Positions 27,537 to 39,320 of a stretch of DNA of 64,000 nucleotides are shown here, one piece after another. This DNA comes from Gammaproteobacteria bacterium (GTDB lineage Bacteria > Pseudomonadota > Gammaproteobacteria > JBCCGL01). The number at the start of each line of letters is the position of its first letter. Within the stretch, counting starts at the first letter, position 1. Both the position numbers and the translations under genes were made by a program. Under the pieces are notes generated by a model. The model was not told where the DNA came from. It saw only the letters and a program-made list of their open reading frames with translations, and searched no databases. The stretch is from positions 928,001 through 992,000 of the forward strand of contig OZ255836.1 in NCBI GenBank assembly GCA_965277715.1, given 5' to 3'.

Positions 27537-29480
27537 ATGTCATCTCACGATACATTTCCCAAGTTACTGCGGCGCAATGCTGAGCAGTTTGCCCATTCAC
27601 CGTCAGTCCGTGAAAAGGAATTTGGTATCTGGCAGACCTGGAGCTGGTCACAAGCCGCCGTTGAAATTCAATCATTTGCCAATGGTTTGGCCGCGCTGGG
27701 TTTTGCGCGGGGTGATAAGCTGTTCATCATCGGCACTAACCGGCCGCGTATGTATTGGGCGATGTGTGCCGCGCAAAGCCTTGGTGGGATACCCGTACCC
27801 ACGTATCAGGACGCCGTCGTCGAGGAGCTGGTCTACGTGGTCGACCATGCTGAAATCCATTTTGCTATTGCCGAGGATCAGGAGCAAGTCGATAAACTGT
27901 TGCAGGTCAACGGGCAGGGCGGTGCAATCGAAAAAATCATCTACGACGACTCACGCGGTTTGCGTGGCTATAACCCCGAACAGGTTTTTTCGTTTGCAGC
28001 CGTGCAGGCGATGGGTGTAGAGCACGCGGCCAAATTCCCACAGTTTTTGCAGGAACAAATCGAACAGGGTAGCGGCGACGATAACGCCGTGCTGTTGTAC
28101 ACATCCGGTACAACAGGTCGGCCAAAAGGGGTGATGCTTACACACGCCAGCCTGATATTTGGTGCCAGGCGGGTTACTGAGCTGGAGTCACTCACCGAGA
28201 AGGATTCGGTTATTGCCTATTTGCCTATGGCGTGGGTGGTCGACCATTTTCTATGCTATACGTTGGCTTATTACGCGGGTTACTGTGTCTGTTGCCCGGA
28301 GAGCCTGGATACACTGCTGCACGATAAAATCGAAATCGGGCCGAGTTTTCACTTCACCTCACCGCGTGTGCTCGAAGGCCAGCGCACCGATATCATCACA
28401 CGCATGGAGGATGCCGCAAAAAATAAACGCGCCCTGTTCAACTTCTTTATTCAACACGCCAATCGGGTCGGTATCGCCATACACACCGGAGAAAAAGTCA
28501 GCCTGTGGGATAGAGTGCTGTATTCACTGGGCGAAATATACGCTTATGGGCCGCTGCGCAATGTCCTTGGTTATAGCAAAACCCGCATAACCTGGACGGC
28601 TGGAGAGGCCATCGGCCCGGATATGTTCGACTTTTATCGCGCCATCGGTATTAACTTAAAACAGGTTTATGGGCAGACTGAGGCAGGGCCATTTTTGACG
28701 GTGCAACCGGGCGATGCGGTTCGCTCTGATACAGTGGGTATACCACTTGTCGATGTCGATATAAAAATTGACGAGCAAGGCGAGGTGGTGTTTCGCAGCC
28801 CCGGTGCCTTCAGTGAATATTACAAAAACCCCGAGGCGACCGAGGGGGCAAAGAACGCTGAGGGATGGATACTCACCGGCGATGCCGGTTTGTTTGATGC
28901 GGAAGGCCAGTTAAAAATTATCGACCGTATAAAAGATGTGGGCAAATTGAGCGACGGGTCTTTATTTGCCCCTAAGTTTATCGAAAACAAATTAAAGTTT
29001 TTTGCCCATATCCTCGAAGCAGTGACCTTTGGCCACCAGCGCGACCAGGTGACCGCGATGATCAATATCGATCTGGTAGCGGTCGGCAATTGGGCCGAGA
29101 GACGCAATATTGCCTACGCGAGTTACCAGGATTTAGCGGCGCGCCCTGAGGTGTATTCGATGGTGCAGGAGAGCATCGAACAGGTAAACATCGATTTGTC
29201 GGGTGATGATACTCTGAACCACTCGCAAATAACCCGCTTCGTGATTCTGCACAAAGAGCTGGATGCCGACGATGGCGAGCTGACCCGTACCCGAAAAGTA
29301 CGTCGGCGCATTATTGCCGAGCGTTACGATAAGCTGATTGAGGCGTTGTACAACCCGGAGGTAAAGCGCGTGCAAGTGGTTACCGAAGTCACGTTCGAGG
29401 ATGGCCGTAAGGGCACTATCTCCGGCGACCTCGAAATTCGCGATACCCGCACTTTTCAAGCGGCAAAACAAGCCAGCTAA
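27537..29480 (+). CDS. Long-chain fatty-acid--CoA ligase-like AMP-binding protein
   Basis: REKEFGIWQ, YTSGTTGRPKG, YGQTE, TGDAG. Confidence 0.92.
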   Translation: MSSHDTFPKLLRRNAEQFAHSPSVREKEFGIWQTWSWSQAAVEIQSFANGLAALGFARGDKLFIIGTNRPRMYWAMCAAQSLGGIPVPTYQDAVVEELVYVVDHAEIHFAIAEDQEQVDKLLQVNGQGGAIEKIIYDDSRGLRGYNPEQVFSFAAVQAMGVEHAAKFPQFLQEQIEQGSGDDNAVLLYTSGTTGRPKGVMLTHASLIFGARRVTELESLTEKDSVIAYLPMAWVVDHFLCYTLAYYAGYCVCCPESLDTLLHDKIEIGPSFHFTSPRVLEGQRTDIITRMEDAAKNKRALFNFFIQHANRVGIAIHTGEKVSLWDRVLYSLGEIYAYGPLRNVLGYSKTRITWTAGEAIGPDMFDFYRAIGINLKQVYGQTEAGPFLTVQPGDAVRSDTVGIPLVDVDIKIDEQGEVVFRSPGAFSEYYKNPEATEGAKNAEGWILTGDAGLFDAEGQLKIIDRIKDVGKLSDGSLFAPKFIENKLKFFAHILEAVTFGHQRDQVTAMINIDLVAVGNWAERRNIAYASYQDLAARPEVYSMVQESIEQVNIDLSGDDTLNHSQITRFVILHKELDADDGELTRTRKVRRRIIAERYDKLIEALYNPEVKRVQVVTEVTFEDGRKGTISGDLEIRDTRTFQAAKQAS

Positions 29481-29542
29481 TCCTGTATGAACCCTACCCG
29501 TATAAACCCTGTGTGTATTAACTCTGGCGCTGTATAAAATAA

Positions 29543-30334
29543 ATGTCCAATAATCACGTAAGCGACGAGATCCTGCTCAGTGTTGAAAATGTCAGCCTGG
29601 CATTTGGTGGTGTGAAAGCACTCAACGGGGTCAATTTCGATATTCGCAAAGGCGAAATTCGCGCCATTATCGGGCCAAATGGTGCGGGCAAAAGCTCCAT
29701 GCTTAATGTGATCAATGGCTTTTACCATCCACAGGAAGGCACGATTACCTATAAAGGCCACACGCGCAAACAGATGCAACCCTATGTTGCCGCCAGCCAG
29801 GGAATAGCCCGTACATTTCAGAACATCGCCTTGTTCAAAGGAATGAGCACCCTGGATAACATCATGACCGGGCGCAATCTGAAAATGAAAACCAATCTGT
29901 TTTGGCAGGGTTTATACCTCGGTCCGGCCAAGGCGGAAGAGCTGGCCAACCGCGAAGTGGTTGAAGGCATCATCGATTTTTTGGATATTCAGGCGATCCG
30001 CAAAAAACCGGTGGGTAAGCTGCCCTATGGGCTGCAAAAACGGGTTGAACTGGGTAGGGCACTGGCCGCCGAGCCGGATCTGTTACTGCTCGACGAACCG
30101 ATGGCGGGCATGAACAGCGAAGAAAAGGAGGATATGTCGCGCTTTATTATCGATGTGAATACCGAGTTTGGCACCACTATCGTGTTGATTGAGCACGACA
30201 TGAGTGTCGTGATGGATTTATCTGACAGAGTAGTGGTACTCGACTACGGTCGCCAGCTCGCCGATGGGTTGCCCCATGAAATACGTGCCAATAAAGAAGT
30301 GATCGAAGCGTATTTAGGCGTGGCACATGACTGA
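29543..30334 (+). CDS. ABC transporter ATP-binding protein (LivG-like)
   Basis: GPNGAGKSS, ARTFQN, LDEPMAG, AYLG. Confidence 0.92.
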   Translation: MSNNHVSDEILLSVENVSLAFGGVKALNGVNFDIRKGEIRAIIGPNGAGKSSMLNVINGFYHPQEGTITYKGHTRKQMQPYVAASQGIARTFQNIALFKGMSTLDNIMTGRNLKMKTNLFWQGLYLGPAKAEELANREVVEGIIDFLDIQAIRKKPVGKLPYGLQKRVELGRALAAEPDLLLLDEPMAGMNSEEKEDMSRFIIDVNTEFGTTIVLIEHDMSVVMDLSDRVVVLDYGRQLADGLPHEIRANKEVIEAYLGVAHD

Positions 30335-30367
30335 TTGCATCTGGCTTACCAGCGGAGATACTGTACG

Positions 30368-31264
30368 GTGATATTTTTTATTGAAGTAGTGCTCAGCGGC
30401 TTAATGGCAGGCGTTATGTACTCGCTGGTCGCGCTGGGTTTTGTATTGATCTTTAAGGCATCGGGCATTTTTAATTTTGCCCAGGGTGTCATGGCGCTGT
30501 TTGCCGCGCTGACCCTGGTCGGCCTGATGGAAAAATTTGGGTTGCCGGTATGGCTGGCAATCATCGGCACGATGCTGGTGATGATTGCGCTGGCCTGGCT
30601 TATCGAAAGAATGATGCTGCGCCATCTGGTTAACCAGGAACCCATCATTCTGTTTATGGCAACCATTGGCCTGGCCTATGTGCTGGAAGGCTTCGGCGAT
30701 ATTTTGTGGGGGTCAGATGTCAAAGTGCTGGACATTGGTATTCCCCAGGGGGCCTCTGACTGGATGCTGGACACCTTTGACATCTATGTCGAAAAACTGG
30801 AGGTTTTCGCTGCGGTAACCGCTGCGGTGCTGGTGGCATTTTTGGCCCTGTTCTTTCAGAAAACCCGTGTTGGGCGTGCGCTGCGAGCGGTTGCCGACGA
30901 TCACCAGGCGGCGCTTTCAGTGGGTATTTCCCTGCATTCCATCTGGGTGGTTGTCTGGTCTGTATCCGGTATTGTCGCGCTGGTTGCCGGGATTATGTGG
31001 GGGTCTAAATCCGGGGTGCAGTTCTCACTTTCGCTGATTGCGCTAAAAGCCCTGCCGGTATTGATTCTCGGTGGTTTTACCTCCGTACCGGGCGCGATTG
31101 TCGGTGGCATTATTATCGGTGTTGGCGAAAAAGTCGCCGAGGTGTATCTGGGGCCAACCGTTGGTGGTGCCATTGAAAACTGGTTTGCGTATATGCTGGC
31201 ATTGGGGTTTTTGCTGTTTCGACCGCAGGGCCTGTTTGGCGAACGCATAATAGAAAGGGTGTAG
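30368..31264 (+). CDS. Branched-chain amino acid-type ABC permease (LivH-like)
   Basis: YSLVALGFVLI, NFAQG, RPQGLFG; GTG start after CGGAGA. Confidence 0.9.
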   Translation: MIFFIEVVLSGLMAGVMYSLVALGFVLIFKASGIFNFAQGVMALFAALTLVGLMEKFGLPVWLAIIGTMLVMIALAWLIERMMLRHLVNQEPIILFMATIGLAYVLEGFGDILWGSDVKVLDIGIPQGASDWMLDTFDIYVEKLEVFAAVTAAVLVAFLALFFQKTRVGRALRAVADDHQAALSVGISLHSIWVVVWSVSGIVALVAGIMWGSKSGVQFSLSLIALKALPVLILGGFTSVPGAIVGGIIIGVGEKVAEVYLGPTVGGAIENWFAYMLALGFLLFRPQGLFGERIIERV

Positions 31265-31265
31265 C

Positions 31266-32342
31266 ATGTTTTACCGTGAAACAGGGCAATTCAAGGCCCA
31301 CTATAGTGATGATCAGGCACTGTTCCCGATTGCCCAGGATCGCTATGTAATCTATACGGTACTGCTGATCACCTTTGTCGTTGTCCCCCTAGTGGCCAAT
31401 GAATACTGGGTTAATGCGATACTGTTGCCGTTTCTTATCTATGCCCTGGCGGCGCTGGGGCTGAATATTCTCACTGGTTATTGTGGGCAGGTTTCACTCG
31501 GTACGGGTGGCTTTATGGCGGTGGGTGCGTTTTCGATTTACAAACTGATGGTTGCGTTTCCGGCGCTGGGCTTTATCCCGCTGGTAATTATTTCTGGCTT
31601 GATTACAGCGGTTGTTGGCACGTTGTTTGGTCTGCCGTCATTGCGTATCAAGGGGTTTTACCTGGCGGTGGCGACCCTGGCGGCGCAGTTTTTTCTGATC
31701 TGGCTATTTAATAAAGTGGGTTGGTTCTTTAACTATAATGCGACAGGTATGATTACCTCACCACCGATGACAATGTTTGGCGTGCTTATCACTGGCCCCG
31801 AGGCGGCACCTGCCGCGAAGTACTTAATGTGTGCCAGCATCGTCGCTGTATTTGCGCTAGTGGCGAAGAACCTGGCACGGGGGCGCATTGGGCGCAACTG
31901 GATGGCGATCCGCGATATGGATATTGCCGCTGAACTCATTGGGGTTCGACCGCTTATTGCCAAACTGTCTGCATTCGCTGTGTCATCTTTCTATATCGGT
32001 ATGGCGGGCGCCCTGTATTTTTCTGTGTGGCTCGGGTCTGCCGAGCCGACCGAGGCGTTCGATATTAACCAATCATTTCTGGTTTTATTTATGATCATTA
32101 TCGGTGGTCTCGGTTCTGTGCTGGGTTCTTTTCTGGGGGCGGCTTTTTTGGTGTTGATGCCGATTCTGTTGAAAAATATCATGGTCGATGGTTTTGGTAC
32201 TGACATTGCGCTGGCTGCACATATTGAAATTATGACAGTTGGTGTGTTGATTGTAGGCTTTTTGATTGTCGAGCCTCATGGTTTGGCCCGCCTGTGGCGG
32301 GTTGCCAAAGAAAAGTTACGGCTGTGGCCGTTTCCTTATTAA
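31266..32342 (+). CDS. Branched-chain amino acid-type ABC permease (LivM-like)
   Basis: GLNILTGYCGQVSLG, IIGGLGS, EPHGL. Confidence 0.9.
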   Translation: MFYRETGQFKAHYSDDQALFPIAQDRYVIYTVLLITFVVVPLVANEYWVNAILLPFLIYALAALGLNILTGYCGQVSLGTGGFMAVGAFSIYKLMVAFPALGFIPLVIISGLITAVVGTLFGLPSLRIKGFYLAVATLAAQFFLIWLFNKVGWFFNYNATGMITSPPMTMFGVLITGPEAAPAAKYLMCASIVAVFALVAKNLARGRIGRNWMAIRDMDIAAELIGVRPLIAKLSAFAVSSFYIGMAGALYFSVWLGSAEPTEAFDINQSFLVLFMIIIGGLGSVLGSFLGAAFLVLMPILLKNIMVDGFGTDIALAAHIEIMTVGVLIVGFLIVEPHGLARLWRVAKEKLRLWPFPY

Positions 32343-32506
32343 GGGTATCGCTAATAGTGGAAATACCCTTAACCCGGTTAGTGTTGGTACACTCTGACCG
32401 TGGTTTGTGTGTGACAATTTTTGAATTTTATAATTAACGCGTTGATGCACAAACAAAAATATTGTTTGTGCTGAAAACACTGTATTTTTATTAACGGGAG
32501 GAAACA

Positions 32507-33826
32507 ATGAAATTCCGAAGTATTAGTAAAATAATGACGGCTGCACTGATGGCAATGCCACTGTTATCGGGTGTCGCCAATGCCTATGAACTGACGATAC
32601 CCACACTGGATTACCGCACAGGCCCTTATGCGCCAAACGGTATTCCCTTTGCCAACGGTTACAGCGACTACCTGACCATGCTGAACGAGCGCGATGGTGG
32701 TATCAACGGGTCAAAAATCAGATTGGTTCCATGCGAAACCGCCTACAACACCAAGCGGGGTGTCGAGTGCTACGAAAACACCAAAAGCAGCGGTGAATCG
32801 GGCGCATTGGTTTACCAACCGCTGTCCACCGGTATCACCTACCAACTGATCCCCAAATCCAGTGTCGATGAAATTCCTATCTTCTCAATGGGATATGGCC
32901 GCACCTCGGCGGCAAACGGCAAGGTATTTCCCTGGGTATTTAACTTCCCCGCCACCTATTGGAGCCAGGCCACTGTCTTTGTACAGTATATTGGGGAAAA
33001 GGAAGGCGGTATGGATAAACTAAAAGGCAAAAAAATCGCTTTGGTCTATCACAACTCGGCCTATGGTAAGGAGCCGATCCGCACACTCGAAAGCGCCGCA
33101 GAAAAATACGGTTTTGAGCTTATGCAACTGCCTGTCGATCATCCCGGTCAGGAGCAAAAAGCCACCTGGCTGCAAATCCGCAAAGAACGCCCGGACTGGG
33201 TGATGATGTGGGGGTGGGGCGTGATGAACCAGGTCGCTATAAAAGAGGCGGCATCAATCCGTTTCCCAATGGATCATTTTATTGGTGTCTGGTGGTCAGG
33301 GTCTGAAAATGATGTATTGCCAGCGGGCAAAGCAGCCGATGGCTACCTCTCGGGCGCATTCCATCAGCCGGGTGATAACTTCCCGGCGCACGATGACATC
33401 AAAAAGCATGTATACGATGCGGGTAAGGGCTTTGGCGAGCGCGAGCGCATCGGTGAAGTACTGTATAACCGTGGCCTGGTTGCCGCCATGTGGACCGCCG
33501 AGGCGATTCGCAAGGCGATGGAAATTCACGGTACCAATGAAGTCACCGGTAAGCACGTACGCGATGGTTTTGAGGCACTCGATATCGATGAAGCGCGCCT
33601 GGTAGAACTCGGCCTGCCGGACTTCACTATTCCGGTTAAGGTGAGCTGTGAAAACCACGAGGGGTCCGGCAGGGTTGCGCTGCAACAATGGGATGCAAAA
33701 GCCCAAAAATGGAGCCTGGTGAGTGATTTCTACGAGCCGCTACGCGATATTACCGGGCCTTTAATTGCCGCCGATTCAGCACAGTACGCCGCTGAAAATA
33801 ATGTAACCCCCCGCGACTGCAACTAA
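32507..33826 (+). CDS. ABC transporter substrate-binding protein (LivK-like fold)
   Basis: Signal peptide, YRTGPYAPNG, NERDGGING; strong RBS. Confidence 0.92.
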   Translation: MKFRSISKIMTAALMAMPLLSGVANAYELTIPTLDYRTGPYAPNGIPFANGYSDYLTMLNERDGGINGSKIRLVPCETAYNTKRGVECYENTKSSGESGALVYQPLSTGITYQLIPKSSVDEIPIFSMGYGRTSAANGKVFPWVFNFPATYWSQATVFVQYIGEKEGGMDKLKGKKIALVYHNSAYGKEPIRTLESAAEKYGFELMQLPVDHPGQEQKATWLQIRKERPDWVMMWGWGVMNQVAIKEAASIRFPMDHFIGVWWSGSENDVLPAGKAADGYLSGAFHQPGDNFPAHDDIKKHVYDAGKGFGERERIGEVLYNRGLVAAMWTAEAIRKAMEIHGTNEVTGKHVRDGFEALDIDEARLVELGLPDFTIPVKVSCENHEGSGRVALQQWDAKAQKWSLVSDFYEPLRDITGPLIAADSAQYAAENNVTPRDCN

Positions 33827-33851
33827 GCAAAGCAGTCCCTCTGCCTAACCT

Positions 33852-33899
33852 CCAGGGCTTTGTCACCCACCGTTGGTACTGTGATAAAGTCCTGGGTTT
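33852..33899 (+). terminator. Intercistronic stem-loop after the SBP gene
   Basis: CCAGGGCTTTGTCAC...GTGATAAAGTCCTGG followed by a short T run. Confidence 0.55.
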
Positions 33900-33936
33900 T
33901 GGGTCTGTCAATAACCAGTAAAACCGCGAGCGAACA

Positions 33937-34782
33937 GTGACAGTCAATACGCAAACAACCGACACACCGTCGGTGGATAACCCGGCGCTGCTATCGGTTA
34001 GCAATATCGAAGTGATCTACGATCACGTTATATTGGTATTAAAAGGTGTATCACTCGATGTGCCTGAAAAAGGCATCGTGGCCTTGCTCGGTGCCAATGG
34101 GGCAGGGAAAACCACGACGCTAAAAGCGGTTTCCAATTTACTGCGTGCCGAGCGTGGTGATATAAGCAAAGGCACGATTGTGTTTCGTGGTGAACGTATC
34201 GATACGCTCACCTCCTCTGAACTGGTACAACGGGGTGTTATCCAGGTAATGGAAGGGCGGCACTGCTTTGAGCACCTCACCGTTGAAGAAAACCTGCTCA
34301 CCGGTGCCTATACACGAAAGGATGGTAAAACGGCTATCCAGCGGGATTTGGCGTTGGTTTACAGCTATTTTCCCCGACTCAAAGAGCGCAGTAAAGCGCA
34401 GGCCGGTTATACCTCCGGTGGGGAACAGCAAATGGTAGCGATAGGGCGGGCATTGATGTCGCGACCTAAAATGATTCTGCTCGATGAGCCTTCCATGGGC
34501 CTCGCCCCTCAACTGGTCGAAGAGATCTTTGAGATAGTCGGGCGTTTGAACCGTGAGGAGGGCGTGACCTTTTTACTTGCCGAGCAAAACACCAATATTG
34601 CGCTGCGTTACGCAAAGTATGGCTATATCCTTGAAAATGGTCGTATCGTCTTAGACGGCACCGCCGAAGAGCTGCGTGATAACGCCGATGTGAAAGAGTT
34701 CTACCTTGGTGTCAGTGAAGGCGCACGCAAAAATTTCCGCGAGGTTAAGCACTACCGGCGCCGTAAGCGCTGGCTTGCTTAG
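33937..34782 (+). CDS. ABC transporter ATP-binding protein (LivF-like)
   Basis: GANGAGKTT, SGGEQQM, LDEPSMGLAP. Confidence 0.92.
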   Translation: MTVNTQTTDTPSVDNPALLSVSNIEVIYDHVILVLKGVSLDVPEKGIVALLGANGAGKTTTLKAVSNLLRAERGDISKGTIVFRGERIDTLTSSELVQRGVIQVMEGRHCFEHLTVEENLLTGAYTRKDGKTAIQRDLALVYSYFPRLKERSKAQAGYTSGGEQQMVAIGRALMSRPKMILLDEPSMGLAPQLVEEIFEIVGRLNREEGVTFLLAEQNTNIALRYAKYGYILENGRIVLDGTAEELRDNADVKEFYLGVSEGARKNFREVKHYRRRKRWLA

Positions 34783-34794
34783 GCACGTAATCGT

Positions 34795-36036
34795 ATGGGG
34801 GAATTTTACGATCAACTGGAAACGCGCAGTAACAGCGAGCGCATCACCAGCCAGTTTCAACAGCTCCGTGAGCAAATTATTTTTGCCCAAACGCATACCC
34901 ATGCATTCAGTGCCGCTTTGGCGGGTGTGGAAGCCGGTGATGTTATCGACCATGCCACACTGGCAACACTGCCCATCATGCGTAAATCAGACCTGATTGA
35001 TAAGCAGGCCGCTGAACCACCCTTTGGTGGTATGGCGACGCAGGCAACAACACACTACCAACGCGTATTTGCCTCACCTGGGCCAATTTACGAGCCAGAA
35101 GGCAGTGTTGTCGATTATTGGCGGCTGGCGAGAGCACTATTCGCTGCCGGGTTTCGCGCAGATGATCTGGTTTACAACACCTTCTCCTACCACTTTACGC
35201 CAGCGGGCAGTATGCTTGAAAGTGGCGCCCACACATTGGGTTGTGCGGTATTCCCGGCAGGGCCAGGCCAGACTGAGCTGCAAATCCAGACGATTAACGA
35301 TTTACAACCCAGTGCTTATGTCGGCACCCCCTCCTTTTTGAGAATGCTGATCGATAAATCCCGACAGCAGGGTAGGCCGATTGATTGTTTTAACAAAGCC
35401 CTGGTTTCGGGTGAGGCACTGCCACCTTCACTGCGCGAAGTCATTGCGGCCGATGGTATTGCTATCTATCAATGCTACGCGACCGCTGACCTCGGGCTTA
35501 TCGCCTACGAATCACCGGCGCTCAATGGCATGATAGTCGATGAAGGCGTTATCGTTGAAATCGTGCGGCCTGGCACAGGTGACCCGGTTGATAATGGCGA
35601 AGTAGGCGAAGTCGTCGTTACCTTATTACACAACCGCTGTTATCCATTAATTCGCTTCGCCACAGGTGATCTCTCTGCATTTACCGATACGCCAGGTAGC
35701 TGTGGGCGCAGCAATCAATGCATTAAAGGTTGGATGGGGCGCGCCGACCAAACCACCAAAGTGCGTGGTATGTTCGTCCACCCGGAACAGATCGATAAGG
35801 TGGTAAAGCGACATAGCGACATTGGCAAAGCGCGACTGGTGGTATCCAGGGAGAATAACAACGATGTAATGACCTTATATTGTGAATCGGACACTGAAAA
35901 CCCTGAACTCATCGATGCCGTTGTGCACACTTTGCGGGATATTTGCAAATTGCGCGGTACCGTTGAATTGCTTAAACCGGGTGTGCTTGTCAATGATGGA
36001 AAGGTGATCGACGATACCCGTGCACTTGAACGATAA
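34795..36036 (+). CDS. Phenylacetate--CoA ligase family protein
   Basis: FASPGPIYEP, YATADLG, RFATGDLS, GRADQTTKVRG. Confidence 0.88.
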   Translation: MGEFYDQLETRSNSERITSQFQQLREQIIFAQTHTHAFSAALAGVEAGDVIDHATLATLPIMRKSDLIDKQAAEPPFGGMATQATTHYQRVFASPGPIYEPEGSVVDYWRLARALFAAGFRADDLVYNTFSYHFTPAGSMLESGAHTLGCAVFPAGPGQTELQIQTINDLQPSAYVGTPSFLRMLIDKSRQQGRPIDCFNKALVSGEALPPSLREVIAADGIAIYQCYATADLGLIAYESPALNGMIVDEGVIVEIVRPGTGDPVDNGEVGEVVVTLLHNRCYPLIRFATGDLSAFTDTPGSCGRSNQCIKGWMGRADQTTKVRGMFVHPEQIDKVVKRHSDIGKARLVVSRENNNDVMTLYCESDTENPELIDAVVHTLRDICKLRGTVELLKPGVLVNDGKVIDDTRALER

Positions 36037-36116
36037 CCGTAGGTGGCCATTGCCTATTTGATATTATTGATATACAAGTAAATATAGACTTAATTAACAA
36101 TGTCTGAGGTGCTGGA

Positions 36117-36363
36117 ATGAAACACATATTTACACTTACGATTACCCACCCTAACGCCAAAATCAAGGGCGTTTTGCTAGAAGTAGTGTGCACAGAAGGC
36201 ACTTTATTCGGGAATTTGTTACAAAGCGATGTTACCTTAAACGCCACGGTAAAAAACACGACATTTACCTAAATCCTGCTAATAGAAATCAAGCACCGGT
36301 TCCGCGACACCCTGGATTCAGGAAACGCTTTGTGAACTTATCAGCAAACAGTTGGTGTTGTAG
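36117..36363 (+). pseudogene. Degraded hicB-hicA toxin-antitoxin pair
   Basis: HicA-like RRHFIREF..CYLKRHGKKHDIYLNP..APVPRH continues in another frame as IQETLCELISKQLVL* (1-bp frameshift near 36313). Upstream MKHIFTL/THPNAKIKGVLLEV looks like the two ends of an internally deleted HicB. Confidence 0.7.
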
Positions 36364-36377
36364 CCCAGTATTATTAA

Positions 36378-36761
36378 ATGACACAATTACACAATAAAAT
36401 CCCTGCTACACGCACGCTGGCGATGCCCGCTGACACTAACCCAAATGGTGATATTTTTGGTGGTTGGCTGCTGTCGCAAATGGATATTGCCGGTGCTGCG
36501 CACGCGTACCATTTCACTCAGGGCCGCGTGGTAACCGTGTCCATTGATGCAATGACTTTTCACCAGCCGGTTAAGGTGGGTGATGAAGTCAGTTGCTACT
36601 GCGAAACCGTACACGAGGGCACTACTTCTATCGGCGTCTATATTGAAACCTGGGTGCGCCGCCGCGACGGCAGCTCATCAAAAAAAGTCACCGAAGGAAA
36701 ATTTACCTATGTTTCTATTGATAGTGAGGGTAAACCTTCTGCCTGGCATAAAGGTGTATAA
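36378..36761 (+). CDS. yciA: Acyl-CoA thioesterase (YciA-like)
   Basis: AMPADTNPNGDIFGGWLLSQMD. Confidence 0.88.
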   Translation: MTQLHNKIPATRTLAMPADTNPNGDIFGGWLLSQMDIAGAAHAYHFTQGRVVTVSIDAMTFHQPVKVGDEVSCYCETVHEGTTSIGVYIETWVRRRDGSSSKKVTEGKFTYVSIDSEGKPSAWHKGV

Positions 36762-36767
36762 ACAGGC

Positions 36768-38750
<1,983 letters not shown>

Positions 38751-38756
38751 ATTCAA

Positions 38757-39308
38757 ATGGACGATACAAGCCCATCTATCGATCATTTATTGACACAAAT
38801 ACAGGAAAAAACACGCCCCCCTGTACATCAATGGCGGCCAATTGTCTGTAGGGAAATTGACATACAGATTAAACGCAATGGCGATTGGTACTACCAGGGT
38901 TCCCTTATTCAACGCCCGCGAATGGTGCGTTTGTTTTCCACTGTTTTGCGCCGGGAGAATGAAGCCTATTTTTTAGTGACACCGGTAGAAAAGTTGCGCA
39001 TACAGGTCGATGACGCCCCTTTTACGATTGTATCGATGGAGGTGTTGGCCGGGTCTGGGCAACAACACCTGGTGTTTACCGATAATGTGGGCGATAAAAT
39101 CATTGCAGGTAAAAATAACCCGATTTTTGTCAATTACCACGGTAAAAAAGCTGAGCCATCGCCCTATATTGAAATAAGGGATAACCTTAACGCGTTAATT
39201 ATGCGTTCGGTTTATTATCATATGGCTGAGTATTGCGTTGCACTCGATGGCTATTATGGCGTGTGGAGTGATAGGTGTTTTTTTAAATTGGCCCCGGTCG
39301 AGGGATAA
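38757..39308 (+). CDS. DUF1285 family protein
   Basis: PPVHQW.P..IDIQI.RNGDWYYQGS..LVTPVEK..VDDAPF. Confidence 0.85.
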   Translation: MDDTSPSIDHLLTQIQEKTRPPVHQWRPIVCREIDIQIKRNGDWYYQGSLIQRPRMVRLFSTVLRRENEAYFLVTPVEKLRIQVDDAPFTIVSMEVLAGSGQQHLVFTDNVGDKIIAGKNNPIFVNYHGKKAEPSPYIEIRDNLNALIMRSVYYHMAEYCVALDGYYGVWSDRCFFKLAPVEG

Positions 39309-39320
39309 TAAAGGTTAGTC

